In this document: piece by piece, positions 50,200-63,856 of the stretch
How the letters are laid out: each line of letters opens with the position of its first letter
How positions within the stretch are numbered: the stretch's first letter is position 1
DNA from: Prorocentrum cordatum
Lineage: Eukaryota
Direction of reading: 5' to 3'
Assembly: GCA_963575745.1 (NCBI GenBank)
Contig: CAUYUJ010000304.1
Span: 1 to 64,000 of the forward strand
Length of the DNA: 64,000 nt
The notes under the pieces: generated by a model
Seen by the model: only the letters and a program-made list of their open reading frames with translations
Told to the model about the DNA's origin: nothing
Database searches by the model: none
Position numbers and translations under genes: made by a program

Positions 50200-50668
50200 C
50201 AGTAGGGATAGGAGTAGTAATAGTAGTAATGGTGGTGGTGGTAGTCGTAGTCGGAGTCGTAGTCATACTAATAGAAGTAAGTGTAGTAGTCGCTGTAGTA
50301 GTAGCAGCAGTATTAGTAGTGGTACGCGTAGCAACAATCGGAGTAGTAGTAGTAGTGATATCAAGAGTAGTAGTCGCATTAGTAGCCAAGGTTGTGGTAG
50401 TTGTAGCCGTACTCGTCGTCATAGTGATACAAAAATTTAGAAGTAGCAGCAATAGTAGTAGTAGCCGTGATAGTAATGAGGGTGGCAGTAATAGGAATAC
50501 TAGTAGTAGTGGTAGCAGTAGGAACACTGATGGTAGTGGTAGTCGTAATAATGATAGTAGTGGGTAATGAGATCAGCTGTCGTAGTAGTAGTCGTCGTCG
50601 TAGTCGTAGTCGTGGACGTAGTCTTTGTCGGAATCATAGCAGTAGTAGTGGTAGCAGTGCTAGCAGTG

Positions 50669-50716
<48 letters not shown>

Positions 50717-50825
50717 CTAGTAGTAGTAGTAGCGGTTGTAGTAGTAGTAGAAGTAGTAGTAATGGCACTAGTAGCAGTAGTGTACTACTGCTGGCGGGAG
50801 TGGTAGTAGTCGTATTAGCCGTAGC

Positions 50826-50857
<32 letters not shown>

Positions 50858-51260
50858 CAGTAGTAGTGGTAGTAGGATTGGTAATACTGCTAGTAGTAGA
50901 AGTAGTAGTAGTAGTAGTAGTGGTAGTAGTAGTAGAAGTAGCAGTAGTAGCAGTAGTAGTAGTAGTAGTCGTAGTCGTAGTAGTAGTAGTCGTAGTAGTA
51001 GTAGTAGTAGTAGTAGTAGCAGTAGTAGTAGTAGTAATAGTGGTAGTGGTAGCAATGGTAGCAATAGTAGAACTAGTAAAAATAGTAGTCATAGTAGTGG
51101 TGGTCATAGTAGTCGTACTAGTAGTAGACCTATAATAATAGTGGTAATAATAATGGTAACAGTAGTAGTAATGGTAGTCGTAGTCATAACCATAGAAGTA
51201 AGTATACGAGTACTTGTACAAGTATATCAGTAAAAGTAGTAGTAGCAGCGATAGCATTAC

Positions 51261-51307
<47 letters not shown>

Positions 51308-51488
51308 GTACTAGCAGTAGTAGTAGTAGTAGTAGTAGTAGTCGTCGTAGTAGTAGTACTAGTGGTAGTAGTAGTAGTAGTAGTAGTAGTGGTTGTAGTA
51401 GTGGTAGTAGTAGTAGTAGTAGTTGTCGTACGAGTGGTAGTAGTTAGAAAATCGAGTAGTAGTAGTAGTAGTACTAGTAGTTGTAGCC

Positions 51489-51519
<31 letters not shown>

Positions 51520-51722
51520 CAGTAGTAGTAGGAGTAGTAGTAGTAGTAGTAGTACTAGTTGTAGTCGCCGTAGTGGTAGCAGTAGAAGTAACAGTGGTAT
51601 TAGTAGTAATAGTAGTAGTAGTAGTAGTAGTAGTAAAACTAATACTCGTAATAGTAGTGGTCGTAGCGGTACTAACAGTACCGGTAGCGATAGTAATAGA
51701 AGTAGCGGTAGTAGTACTACGA

Positions 51723-51766
<44 letters not shown>

Positions 51767-51767
51767 T

Positions 51768-51833
<66 letters not shown>

Positions 51834-52078
51834 CTAGGTGGTAGCAGTAGAGCTAGTAGTAGTGGTAGAAGCAGCAGTAGCAGTAGTAGCAATAATAATA
51901 AGTGTAAGAGTAAGAGTAAGAGTAAGAGAAAGAACGAGCATCAACAGTAACAGGAGTAGAAATAGTAGTGGTAGTAGTACTAGTAGTAGTAGTAGTAGTT
52001 GTAGTAGTCGTAGTAGTAGTAGTAATAGTCGTAGTAGTCGTCATAGAAGTAGTAGTAGCAGTAGTAGTAGTAGTAATG

Positions 52079-52121
<43 letters not shown>

Positions 52122-52156
52122 TAGTGGTAGTAGTAGTAGTAGGCAGTAGTATAGTG

Positions 52157-52187
<31 letters not shown>

Positions 52188-52188
52188 C

Positions 52189-52219
<31 letters not shown>

Positions 52220-52320
52220 TAGTGGTAGTACCAGTAGTAGTAGTAGTAGTAGCAGCAGCAGTAGTAGTAGTAGTAGTAGTAGTCGTAGTAGTGGTAGTAG
52301 TAGTAGTAGTCGTAGTAGTT

Positions 52321-52352
<32 letters not shown>

Positions 52353-52425
52353 CGTAGTAGTAGTCGTCGTAGTAGTAGTAGTAATAGTGGTAGTAGTAGT
52401 AATAGTAGTAGTAGTAGTAGTAGTA
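49685..52425. repeat. ~2.7-kb imperfect (GTA)n array
   Basis: Direct reading. Confidence 0.97.
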
Positions 52426-53009
52426 CCACCCCCTTGGTTTAAAAGTGGTGATCGACACTATGCCAGGGAACCCCCCCTGGGTCTTCGCCAATCAAAGAAA
52501 ACTCAAGCATCGACCGCCGATCGATCCCAAGTAATTCCCAGACAGAGTCGTGGCCCGAACGGAGGAACGGCGACGGGGGGGTGGACGTGACGCGCGGTTG
52601 TTATGACAGCCCAAACGAGGGCGCCACTCTTTGGCGGTGTGATACGCGGTCAGAAATTACCCTGCGAGGAATTCTCAAGCGATGTCGCTGCTCTCAAGCG
52701 GCATGGAGATGGATCGGACAAGTTTTTCTGAGAAAACCCCACGCGAAATCGCCACTTTCAGATGCCGCGGCAAAATTTCAGATCGCCCTGGAAGGCGATC
52801 TGATGTGTTTGGGGGGAGTCTCAAGCGGAATTGCATGTTCAGACGCTGACCCCATTTGGCTGTTATGATATTTAAGAGGGTGAGAGATGCATCTGAAATT
52901 CCCGACTCGGCCCCGAGTCCAGCCTTGTCTCGGGGCCCCGTGGCCTAACAGGAGGCCAACCGCGTCTTTCTCGATCCCCACGGTCTCCATTTTTTAATCC
53001 AGCGGGTTG
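52426..53009. mobile_element. MITE-like element with imperfect terminal inverted repeats, flanked by TAGTA
   Basis: CCACCCCCTTGGTTTAAAA ... TTTTAATCCAGCGGGTTG. TAGTA on both sides may simply be the host microsatellite. Confidence 0.45.
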
Positions 53010-53867
53010 TAGTAACAGTAGTTGTTGGTGTTGCTGCTGCTGTTGTTGATGTTGAACCCTCAGTTCTAAAACAAATGTCGTTAATCTACCCTGCCCGCTA
53101 ACAGTTGTCTTAATGAAAGTGTTTCTCCCGGGGCTCGCACCAGTATTGCAACAAGGGAAAATGAAGTGTCACCAAACTCCGCCTCGAGTCCCCGATTTAC
53201 GACAACAGCGGCTCCCGCCTGAAACGTCCTCACAATTCATTCCCAAGTCGCGCTCTCGCGCGGGACTTCCTCACAATGTATGCAGGAATCTCTCTTGCGT
53301 GGGACTTCCCTGCGATCTATTCAGACGCCGCGCCACCGACGCTCAGGAACCGCGCTCTCCCTGTGGACCTCCTCACGATGTATTTGGGAATCGCGCTATC
53401 GCTCGGGAATTCCTCGCGATCCATGCAGGACGCACGCTTCAGCAACCCGCCTGCTCGATCTGGCCGCCTGCGCCCGCCTGCCCGGTTTCCCCCGGGGCCG
53501 TAGGCGACCCGAGGACGAGGAGGAGGAGGAGGCGGAGGAGGAGGAGGAGGTTGGAGAAGAGGAGGAGGAGGAGGAGGAGAAGAGGAGGGGGAGGACGGGT
53601 CGCCTAAGCCCTTCGGAGAAACCCTCCAGGCCCGCCTTCCCGACCCGCCTGTCAGGGTCCACCCGCCCAGCCTGCCCGTCCAGTCCTGCCTCGCGCCAGC
53701 CGCCCTCTCTTCCCCCTGCCTTAGGGGCCACACGACACGCCCGCTGCGGGTAAGAAAGATATACCCCTAAGGGGGCACGATCGAAGACGAAGAGGGCGGG
53801 CATCGAGGGTTTGGGATCTACGTGATGAACGGCGCGCGAACAGATGAGAGCGAACAATCTTAAGATG

Positions 53868-53913
<46 letters not shown>

Positions 53914-54468
53914 GAGGCCGTGCGGGCCTCCTTGGAAATCCTGGGGGGCACCTCGGGCCCGGGGCGCTTCCGGCAACACCCGAACCCCCCCTCCCCGGCA
54001 AAGAGCGGCGCCCGCCACCCACCCCCCCTGGCTGCGCAAGACGCTAAAAAAAGGCGCGACCTCTGGCAGCTTGCTTGCTTTTGCGGGGCTGCGGAGGGGG
54101 GGCTGACAGGGAGTAATGTAGACCCCTTTCCCAGGCTTCGTGGGGGTTCCAGATGGACCAGAAATGCGGGGCCCAACCCTGGGATATACTGGGGGGGGCG
54201 CCCATCCTTGATGGCGGCGCGTCAGAAAAGCCCCCATGGGGTTAGGTCGGGCGTGTCTTCCTACAGGCGGATTTGGGACGAAGTATTTAAAAACATTTGT
54301 TCATAACCAAAAAACCGTCCCCTGACTATTTCTGACTATGTTTGAATTTTCATGCTGTAGAGGGGCATGCCCGACTTAATCCTGGAGGTGCATCTTAAGG
54401 CTTATTGTTCGCCGAAAAATCGGGGGCTCGGGGAGGAAAATCGCCTGCGAAGGAGGGGGGCGCCTGTC

Positions 54469-54538
54469 CTGGACGCCGCGCCGCTGGAGCTCGCCCACGA
54501 TGTGCTCGCAGTCCTCGAACACGCCCTGGTTCCGCCAC
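54469..54538 (-). CDS. Candidate isolated host exon (WRNQGVFEDCEHIVGELQRRGVQ)
   Basis: CAG|G acceptor, CAG|GA donor, almost all codons end in G/C. Confidence 0.35.
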
Positions 54539-54999
54539 CTGCCGCCGGCGCACCCGGCCGGACCTTCCCTCGTCGTGAGGACATCACGACGCGAGGTCGT
54601 GTGCGGCGTTCGGCCCATGGGGCCCTCGGCGAGACCCGGGATCGTCAGAAAGACTAGTCGGGATGAAGATCTGGTCCCGGAGAATGGGTCGAGACCCCGG
54701 AGGATCGACGCGTGGGATTCCCAGCCTGTTGCAGCTACATCGTTCAAGAAATTCACTGGCGCACGCGCTTGCTCTGCTTCACGTTGCTTGGAGCATCATG
54801 CGAAGATCGGTCTGAATTCGGTGTCTGGCAAGATAGCTGCATGCACAGAGCAGCACGGGCGAGAGAGAAGGGTCTGCAGCAGCGCTTCCCCACCTCCACG
54901 GCCGTTTGCCTCACCGGGCCCCACCGAGGGCCTTGCTAGCGGCACGCGTGTTGCTCTGTACGCGCGTGGAGTCCAGGATAGATTTGGGCAGGGAGCGAC

Positions 55000-55200
55000 C
55001 GTCCTGGCATTCCTATAGGCTACCACGAATTTTTCTTAGAACCCAAAGCTGTTCTCATAACAAAAACAATGTCCTCAGAACATAACCCCGACGTGCCAAA
55101 ACAAGACAGTCCCAGCCAGAAATGCTCTAAGAACATGTCGTGCAGACCCCAAAAGGTTCTTAGAACCTTCTTCGGTGGGCCTATTAGGCATGCCAGGACG
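55000..55200. mobile_element. MITE-like 201-bp element
   Basis: CGTCCTGGCATTCCTATAGGC ... GCCTATTAGGCATGCCAGGACG inverted termini with an AT-richer interior. Confidence 0.55.
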
Positions 55201-55380
55201 CCTCGCCACTGCTCGTTGAGTCCAGGGCAGAAGTCACTGGGCCCACGGCACACCGTGACCCCACAGGGCCGCCCGGCCGCCCGGCTTTACAGCAATACCT
55301 CCAGGCCCTCGCGCTGCACTCCGAGTCTCGTCCGTCTGCCGACCCTCCGCCTCCCGCCCCACCTGCGGCTCTGCGGGACG

Positions 55381-55558
55381 GGAAAATGACCACAGCCACC
55401 GCTTTTTGTCTGCGCCGCCTTCCAGCCGGCCGAAAAAGAAGCAGTGGTTGTGGTCATTTCCCTGGCGCCAAGCTCAACGAAGATGACCACAACCACTGCT
55501 TTCCCTCTGCGGGCTGGAAGGTGGCAACAGAAGAAAAGCAGTGGCTGTGGTCGCTTTC
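55381..55558. repeat. Pair of ~80-bp hairpin units in inverted arrangement
   Basis: Each unit has ATGACCACARCCACYGCTT...AAGCAGTGGYTGTGGTC arms; the two loops are approximate reverse complements. Confidence 0.75.
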
Positions 55559-56503
55559 ACGCCCCGTAGGCTCCCATGCCCTCCTCCTCCTGCGCACCGT
55601 GCGGGCGCGGCCGCAAGAGCACCTCGCAAAAGAGGCTCGGGGATGGACAGACACACGCCTCGCCCCGACTCGCGGCCACCGCGATCGCCGCGGCGACCTC
55701 CCAGACCGCTCATCCGGAGGTGTGGCTCGGGGTCGGCTCCATCACGCCGCATCGAGGAAAGAGCGGGGAGAAGGCCCCGCGGCTGGGCGCAAGCATCGGG
55801 GATGGACAGACCCCCCTTTAGCAAAACGTGGTTTAGTGAAAACGACCCGAGGCCCAAACCTGGCGGGCGCAGGCCAGGAAAATAAGGACCACGGCGCCGT
55901 CTTGAGAACCGAGAACGGACAATTCACTCATCGACGTGCCACTGTAGGGGATTCTGTCCACCCCCGACCAGTGCACCCTGACGAACAGCATCCGGTTTCC
56001 TGATGAGCATCTCCACTTTAAACAGCTTCTCCTCCCGTCGCACCAAACAGGAGATGTGTCTTTACGGCGGCCCAGGCGTTGCGCCTCATACTTCCCCACC
56101 GCAAGCGATGCTGAGACAGAGGAACCCCCCACAGCTACACGGACGGGCGGCGGTTGGTCCTCACAATGGTGGCTGGCTCGCCATGGTGACGCGCCCATTC
56201 GCTTTGAAACAATCCGGCTGGTATACACTGATAGAGGGCGCGCCGTCCTCGTCCTTCTCAACATCCTCATCCGCATCTTGGTCCCGCTGATCCTCCTCCT
56301 ACTCTACCTGATCCTCCTGCCTCCCACCATACCGCCAACGCACCCCATCCGCCCGACGTCGTCATCGTGATCGTCGTCGTTGTGGTCGTCGTCGTCGTGG
56401 TGGTCGTCGTAGACGTCGTAATATTCGTCGTCGTTGTCGTGGACGTGGCGGTCGTCGTCGACGTCGTCGCCGCCACCGCCGCCGTCGCCCCCGTCGTCGT
56501 CGT

Positions 56504-56536
<33 letters not shown>

Positions 56537-58199
56537 GGCCGTCGTCGCCGTCGTCGTCTTCCGCTTCCCCCTCCTTTTCCTCATCCGCCTCCTCGTCCCT
56601 CTGCCCCCCAAAAAGTACACGCGACGTCCGCCCCTGCGCCCCCTGTCTGGGGCCCTATCCTGGCAAGCTGCTTCATATCCAGGATCAATCATCGACGATC
56701 TCCTGGGACCCGAGCTGCGCCTCTGGAGGAGAGAATTCCCAAAAAGCACGAACGAAGCTCCTCCCGCGGAGAAGGTCCGCCTCTCGACGGCGGCGCCGCC
56801 GCCCGCCGCAGGCTGCAGGCCACACCGCCGGCCGTCCGCTCCGCTGCGAGGCCGCAGCCGCTGCAGACGCGATGGACCGACGCTCATGATGGGCGTGTTT
56901 TCCACCACCACCACCGTGTGTTGGAAGGGGGGGGTTCTCCTCCTCCTCCTCCTCCTCCTCCTCCTCCTCCTCCTCCTCCTCCTCCTACTCCTCCTCCTCC
57001 TCACTTATGGTGGTGGTGGTGGAAAACAGGCTCATCAGCTCAGCGAGCGGCGGAAGGGCCTCGGCTTCGCAAGCAGCAAAGCAGCAGATCGTCGGGAAGG
57101 ACCCGTTCGAGGGCTCCGCGTGGACCCAGCCCCAGACATGATCGCGTCGTAAAACATCCAGGACGGATATGTTTCGCCGTTTTCGGCCTCTAGAGGCCCT
57201 CGCCGGGCCCCAGGACCGTCAAAAAACTACTCAGGATGAAAAACCGGCCCCGGGGAAAGGGTCGGGATTTCCAGGGACGCCGTCCTGACAAAATCAGGAC
57301 GTCGCATGTCTGGGGCGGGTCCGGAGAGGCTGCATCGGCCGTCTGTCGCTGCAACCATCTGGCGCGGGACGGGGACCACTGGGGTGAACCAGCGATCTGC
57401 TCGACAAAGAGCAGGGTTCATCCATTTCCGACACATGTCGTGGAAATCCCGAGGCCAAATGTTCATCCCGAATCGTTCTTGCTGACAGCCAAAGAGCCCG
57501 GGAAACGACCTCCAGAGCCCGAAGACGCGTTGGGACGCCGGCGGCCTCGATGTTTCTGCGGCACCCGAGTCTGGTGGCCTGCTGCACTTGCTCTAATGTT
57601 GTCCCTGTACTTGACCAGGTCCCAGTGCTCCAGCACTGAACCTTCACTGCTGATGCAGTGTGGATGCCAAGTCCCACTGGGTTAGAGAAGCAAAGAACAT
57701 AAACGTGAACATGAACTTTCGGTGCTCCGCGCGGATTCTGTAGATTGGCGCTGCACCCCCATCTCTAACGCGCGGAGCGGGCCAGGGGCGGCGCCAAAAG
57801 CACCTCAAGGGGACCCAACGCAGATCCAAGAAATCCGCGCGGACTGGAGGGAAGGGAGGGAGGTGGAGGAAGAGGATTTGTTGTTTGCATTCAGAGGAAT
57901 CGTGAGTTGAATTGGCAGTGAGGTGTCTTAGCAGCGATTCGGATGTGATTGTCTTGGAATCCGTAGCTCAATCGTTTGGCTCAGGGGTCCAATAAGTGGG
58001 TTCTGGCATGCCCGTGGACGCGACAAAGTAGCACCGCAGAGCTTTGCTCCAAGGCCTTGTGAAGCAGGTGGTGTGTCAATTATCCGTTGTGCAACTCCAC
58101 AAAGCAAGGAAGAGGAGGCGGAGAGAGGGAAGGGAGGAAGGGAGGGAGGGAGGGAGAGGAAGAGGAAATGGAAAGGAAGGAGAGGGAGAAAGACGAGGA

Positions 58200-58650
58200 A
58201 AGGAATATAATGGAATTGAACGGAATGGAATATAATGGAATGGAATGGTGTGGAAAGGAACGGAACGGAATGGAATGGAATGGAATGGAGTGGTGTGGAA
58301 TCGAATGGGATGGGATGGAATGGAAGGGAATCGAATGGAATGTAATGGAATGGCATGGCATGGCATGGCACGGCATGGAATTGAAAGGAATGTAATGGAA
58401 TTGAATGGCATGGCATGGCATGGCATAGAATGGAACGGAATGCAAAACGATGCAATGCAATGCAATGCAATGCAATGCAATGCAACGCAATGCAATGCAA
58501 TGGCATGACATGGCATGGAGTGGAATGGACAGACATGGAAAGGAATGAAATGGAATGGACAGTGCAATGCAATTGAACGGAACGGAATGGAATATAATGG
58601 AATGCAATGCAATGTAATGGAATGGAACCGAGCGGAATGGAATGGTATCG
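58200..58650. repeat. (GGAAT/GCAAT/GGCAT)n pentamer satellite
   Basis: Direct reading. Confidence 0.9.
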
Positions 58651-58940
58651 AGTTCATGGAGACACGTGCTTCAGCAAGGCTACGCCGTGCCACTGATGAT
58701 TGCTGCTACGCAACTACCTGCTGGAAGGTTGATGAAATGAGGCCCACTGGACCTCCACCATTGGGAGGGGGAGGAAGAGGAGGAGCAGGCGGAAGGGAGG
58801 GGGAGAAGGAGGTGGTGCAGGAGAGGGAGAAAAGGGAGAGGAGGAGGAGGAGGAGGAGGAGGAGGAGAAGGAGGAGGAGGAAGAAGGAGGAGGCGGCGGA
58901 CGGCAGCACGATAACGACGACGACGACCAAGACCAAGACC

Positions 58941-58977
<37 letters not shown>

Positions 58978-60385
58978 GGGAAGCCCACAGCTCGGCTCAC
59001 CGCTCATACACCATGTCGGGGGAGCGCTGCACGCAGAGCCTTCGGTCGGGTCAGGGTGGGCGGGCCAAGGAAGAGAGCAAGACAGAGAGAGAGAGAGAGA
59101 GGGAGGGGGCACGGAGGCAAGAGGCAGGGTGGAAGGGGAACTCATCAAGGCGTACGGGAGCTCATCGTCGCCAGCATTGCATTTCGCTGCTCCGCCTTCC
59201 TCCTCCCTCTCTCCCCCATCCTCCATCCATATATATAATATATTCCTCCTGCTCCTTTTCCTCCCCCTCTGTACCTCCCCCCCTCCCCGCCTGTACTTCC
59301 ACTTGCTCCTGCTCCCCCCTCCTCTTCTCCATCCTCCGCGTCATCCTCCTCCTCCTCTTCCTCCTCCTCTTCGTCGTCCTCCTCCCCCCTCCTGTTCCTC
59401 AACCTCCTCCTCCTGCTCCAATTTCCTCTTTGCCGTCCCGGCGAATCCTTTTCTCCCACGGGTTTGACCAGATCCTCCGCGGGCATCCACCGGGAGCGAT
59501 GAGGAGGAGAAGCACGAAGAAAACGATAATGAACGATCTTGCGGGAAGCAACGCGGAGGTACACCTTCAAGTCTCAGAAGATATCACCAACCCATGCTAT
59601 GTCCTATACGCGCGCGTTACAGAATATCCAGGGGGCAGATGTTACGAGGGCAGGTGTGGAGAATTGCCAACAGATATGCTCAGCGCCTCGAGCTTTCCGG
59701 ATTTACCCTGCCGCGCTGCACCTGAGAAGCATCGAATGCACACGTGTTTGAATATTCACGAATAGGCACCACCCTGACGAACTGCACGAAACCACGGGAG
59801 AAGTGTTGCACGGCGCGCCACGATAATGGGATGCTTCAGGCACCATTCGATGCTCCTGCCTGGCGCGCATTGAAACCCGGAGTCTCACCTCAGCGTATCT
59901 CTATACCGTGAGCGCATCGGAGAAGGAAACCTAGGATAAAAACCGCATGGTCTGGTTGAACACCAATTGAGGCGTGGCCATGGATAACAGCGCCGCCCTC
60001 GTCAGATAAGGGGCCCTCCAAGGTCTGAAGCCTCCTGGGCACACTCCCTAACGAACGCCCCTACTGTAACGACGACCCGCCCCGTGCCATGCATCCCCCC
60101 ACCCCCACATTCTCGCATCCTCCGCGTTCCCTCCTCCGGCCGCGCTCTGCTCTCACTCGCCTGACCGACACTCTTCACAAGATCACGACCTGAGAAAGCA
60201 ATTAGTTATGTGGATGGGTTCGACACGCTATCCAGATTTTCGGCAGCGCCCCATGCACGAAAAAAACAAGAACGCACGCTGCTCACCTCTTCTCTCCGCA
60301 TGAAATATCGCCAGATACCTTGGCACTGCGCCGAAACGCTCCCCCCAGTATACGCGTTTGCCTGGCGTGGCAGTTGGCAGGCTAT

Positions 60386-60424
<39 letters not shown>

Positions 60425-62109
60425 TATAGATAGATAGATAGATAGATATTCCAGGGTTGGGATGGCATTTGGTATGATCCGCAGGGCCATGTTGACGAAG
60501 CGTCGCTCCTCGGCGGAGAAATTCCATGGATGATTTCGATGTCAAGCCCATGCTCAGCATGCTCAGCAACAGTGGTACATCCCCTGTAATCGCGAACTTC
60601 ATTGTGCATCCAGCATGTCCGACGCTACGTCTTAATCATATTGTACAAACCGCCCACGTAGTCATGAAGATCTGATGCGTCGTCTCACGGGAACTGTTCC
60701 AATCCATTCACAATATCAGTACGCCGGCACTTGCACACACCGTATGCAACGTGTCCACGCTCGGCGCTAGCCTGCTGTAGGGCCCAGCCATCGGGCACGA
60801 AATCGATAGGCGAGTACAAAACATCTGGACGCGTACGTATCGCAAAACTGGATTACATCGACCATCTGCTGCCACTGCTAGTAATCATATCCCAGCATTG
60901 AATGAAGCCCCTGGTATCTTTGAGTCCACGCATTTGCCGTATAAGGAGCCCATGCGCCTTCAGATCACGCAGTGCTGTGAGAAGGCTCTTCTTGGCTGTA
61001 ACAGTTTGCCCACGCAGGCTGCAGCGACTCCACTGCGACGTGCATGTAAACGTACAGACCGGAAATACGCCGCACCTTATCGACCAGCACTCTCTTCAAT
61101 TCGCAGATGTGCGGCTTACGGTTTCGGGAACTCTTTCTGCGATACAAGGCGCCACATTCGGCATCTGAGGACCACCATGTCCTACGTAAAATGCAAGCGC
61201 TGGACTCACTTAAGGACAAGCCCCCCGCCCCACCCTTTCTGTCCTCTACTGTCGGGAACGTTTGCTCAGTGTGTCGCGGCAGCGGCCCCAGCGACACGCT
61301 GTGCCCTGCGAGCTGATAGAATGTCGCTCCGCCACGCGGGGCGGGAGGTTGGGAAAGACTCGGCGTGTGGACGCCGGGATTCGAGACGCGGTCAGCGTGT
61401 AGCGCTGAAGCGCGGTGGGCCGGAGCGGGCGGAGCGACCGCAACTCGCGGGCGAACGGGCCCAAGTAAGCTGTGGTGCCCGAACTGTGCCCGACTGGTTC
61501 CGAATTGGGCGCATGACTTTTCAAACAATAACGTGGTGTTGCGTTGCGTTGTCGCGCCGGTGCTTCAGTCTGCGAGGGCAGCACTGCGCGCGGCCCTCCA
61601 TCGGGAGCCAGCGTCGCCACAACAACGGCAACCCAGAACAGGACCATGCCAGAGGCCCACGCCACCCGCAGCTCCAGACGGGTCCGAAGACAAGTAGACC
61701 ACACCGCCAACGACTGCGCGGCCGGCCTCGTCGGCAGCCGATCACCCGAGCGGACCGCCCGCGTGCTTCAGCGTGGTCGGGTCATCCGACCCCGACGGCG
61801 TCCCAGCACGAGCACCTGCACCGTGCTGGTCACGACTGCGGCGAGCGCCACGAGGCGGCCACCAGCACAGCCCCGAAGCGCCAGGCAGCGCACGGTGTGG
61901 GCACGAGGTGCAGACGGTTGGGCCACGCCGTGGCCACTCGCCGTTGCTCTGCGCCGACAGCGCCTCCCCTCCTCCATCCCTCCATCCCTCCATCCCTTCA
62001 TCCCTCCATCCCCTCCTCCATCTCTCCATCCCTCCATCCCTCCATCCCTCCATCCCCTCCTCCATGCCTCCACCCCTCCATCCCTCCATCCCTCCCTCCC
62101 AGGACCCCC

Positions 62110-62710
62110 GACGCCGTGACCTGTGCGCAACGTGGGCCCCGGGACGTCTCGGCGTGTCCTGTTCCCGGACCAGATGCCCCATCCTCAATCTACTCGTGGG
62201 GGGCGGCCCCCAGGGCCCGGCAGGGGCCCCCACAGAGGCTGCACACGGTAGCAACAGACGTCGTGATCTGCTCACAACGAGGGCCCCCGGACGTTTCGGG
62301 GCCAAAGTTTCCCGGACTGGATGTCTCATCCTCAGCACAGTTGTTGGGGGCGGCCCCGGGGCCCGGCGGCAAGGGACCCCAGAGACTGCCAAGGGACCAG
62401 GTGCCTCCTCCTCCGTACAGTCTTGGGGGAGAGGGGGCGGTCCTGGGCGCCTGCAGTCGGAGGCAACAAACGTCGTGATCTGTTCACGGCGTGGACCGCT
62501 GGGCGTCTCGACCAACTTGTCCGGGACTGGGTGCCTCATCCTCCGTACAATCTTGGGGGAGGGGGCGGCCCTGGGCGCCTGCAATTGGAGGCAACAGACG
62601 GCGTGATCTGTTCACGGCGTGGACCGCTGAGCGTCTCGACCAACTCGTCCGGGACTGGGTGCCTCATCCTCCGTGCTTGCAATCTTTTGGGGGGGCTGCC
62701 CTGGGCGCCC
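62110..62710. repeat. Tandem ~128-147-bp minisatellite, preceded by (CCATCCCT)n at 61970-62100
   Basis: CGTGAYCTG...CATCCTC units at ~62115, 62262, 62474 and 62602. Confidence 0.8.
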
Positions 62711-62950
62711 CGCAGGGGCTCCCGGGAGGCCCTCAACGGCACGCCGTACCCGTTCTTCACGGCGCGAGGGGGGGGGGCCCTGGGCTCCTCCTGCTGGAGT
62801 GCGCCCGCCACCAATGCAAGAAGCCCCCCCTGTGGGTGGTTTGTGTGTGGAGGGGGGGGCCGGCGCTTCGCTGCTCGCCGCCCGGGCAGGGCGACACACA
62901 GATAACTACCGCCGACACACTGCCCCATTTGAGCACGGAGTCCAGACGTG

Positions 62951-63749
62951 TCCTCCTCCTCCTCCTCCTCCTCCTCCTCCTCCTCCTCCTCCTCCTTCCT
63001 CCTCCTCCTCCTGCTCCTCCTCCCCCTCCTTCTCCCTCTCCTCCCCTCCTCCTCCTCCTCCTCCTCCTCCTCCTCCTCCTCCTCCTCCTCCTCCTCCTCC
63101 TCCTCCTCCTCCTCCTCCTCCTCCTCCTCCTCCTCCCCTCCTCCTCCTCCTCCTCCTCCTCCTCTCCTCCTCCCTCCTTCCTCCTCCTCCTCCTCCTCCT
63201 CCCCTCCTCCTCCTCCTCCCTCCTCCTCCTCCTCTCCTCCTCCTCCTCCTCCTCCTCCTCCTCCTCCCTCCTCCTCCTCCTCCTCCTCCTCCTCCTCCTC
63301 CCCCTCCTCCTCCTCTCCTCCTCCTCCTCCTCCTCCTCCTCCTCCTCCTCCTCCTCCTCCTCCTCCTCCTCCCCCTCCTCCCCCTCCCCCTCTTCTCGTC
63401 CTCTCCTCCTCCTCCTCCTCCTCTCCTTCTCCTCCTCCTCCCTCCTCCTCCTCCTCCTCCTCCTCCTCCTCCTCCTCCTCCTCCTCCTCCTCCTCTTCTT
63501 ATTCGTATTATTATTATTCTTCTAATTATTATTATTATTCGTATGATTACTCTTCGTATTGTTATTCCTATTCTTCTTCTTATTATTAGTGTTCTTCTTA
63601 GTATTCGTCTTTTTCTTCTTATTATGTGTATTATTCGTATTCTTCTTCTTATTATTATTATTCGTATTATCATTATTATTATTCTTCTTAGTATTCTTCT
63701 TCTTCTTTTCTTCCTCCTCCTCCTCCTCCTCCTCCCTCCTCCTCCTCCT

Positions 63750-63781
<32 letters not shown>

Positions 63782-63856
63782 TCCCCCTCCCCCTCCCTCC
63801 TCCTCCTCCTCCTCCTCCTCCTCCTCCTCCTCCTCCTCCTCCTCCTCCTCCTCCTC
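62951..63856. repeat. (CCT)n array with an internal (TAT/TCT)n block
   Basis: Direct reading. Confidence 0.95.

Noticed and set aside
47488..52590. Poly-V/S/L/P/T/Y ORFs
   Set aside because: Translations of (CCT)n, (GTC)n and (GTA)n arrays.
60898..62478. 526-aa plus-strand ORF
   Set aside because: Low-complexity translation that runs through (CCATCCCT)n and a minisatellite, with no domain.
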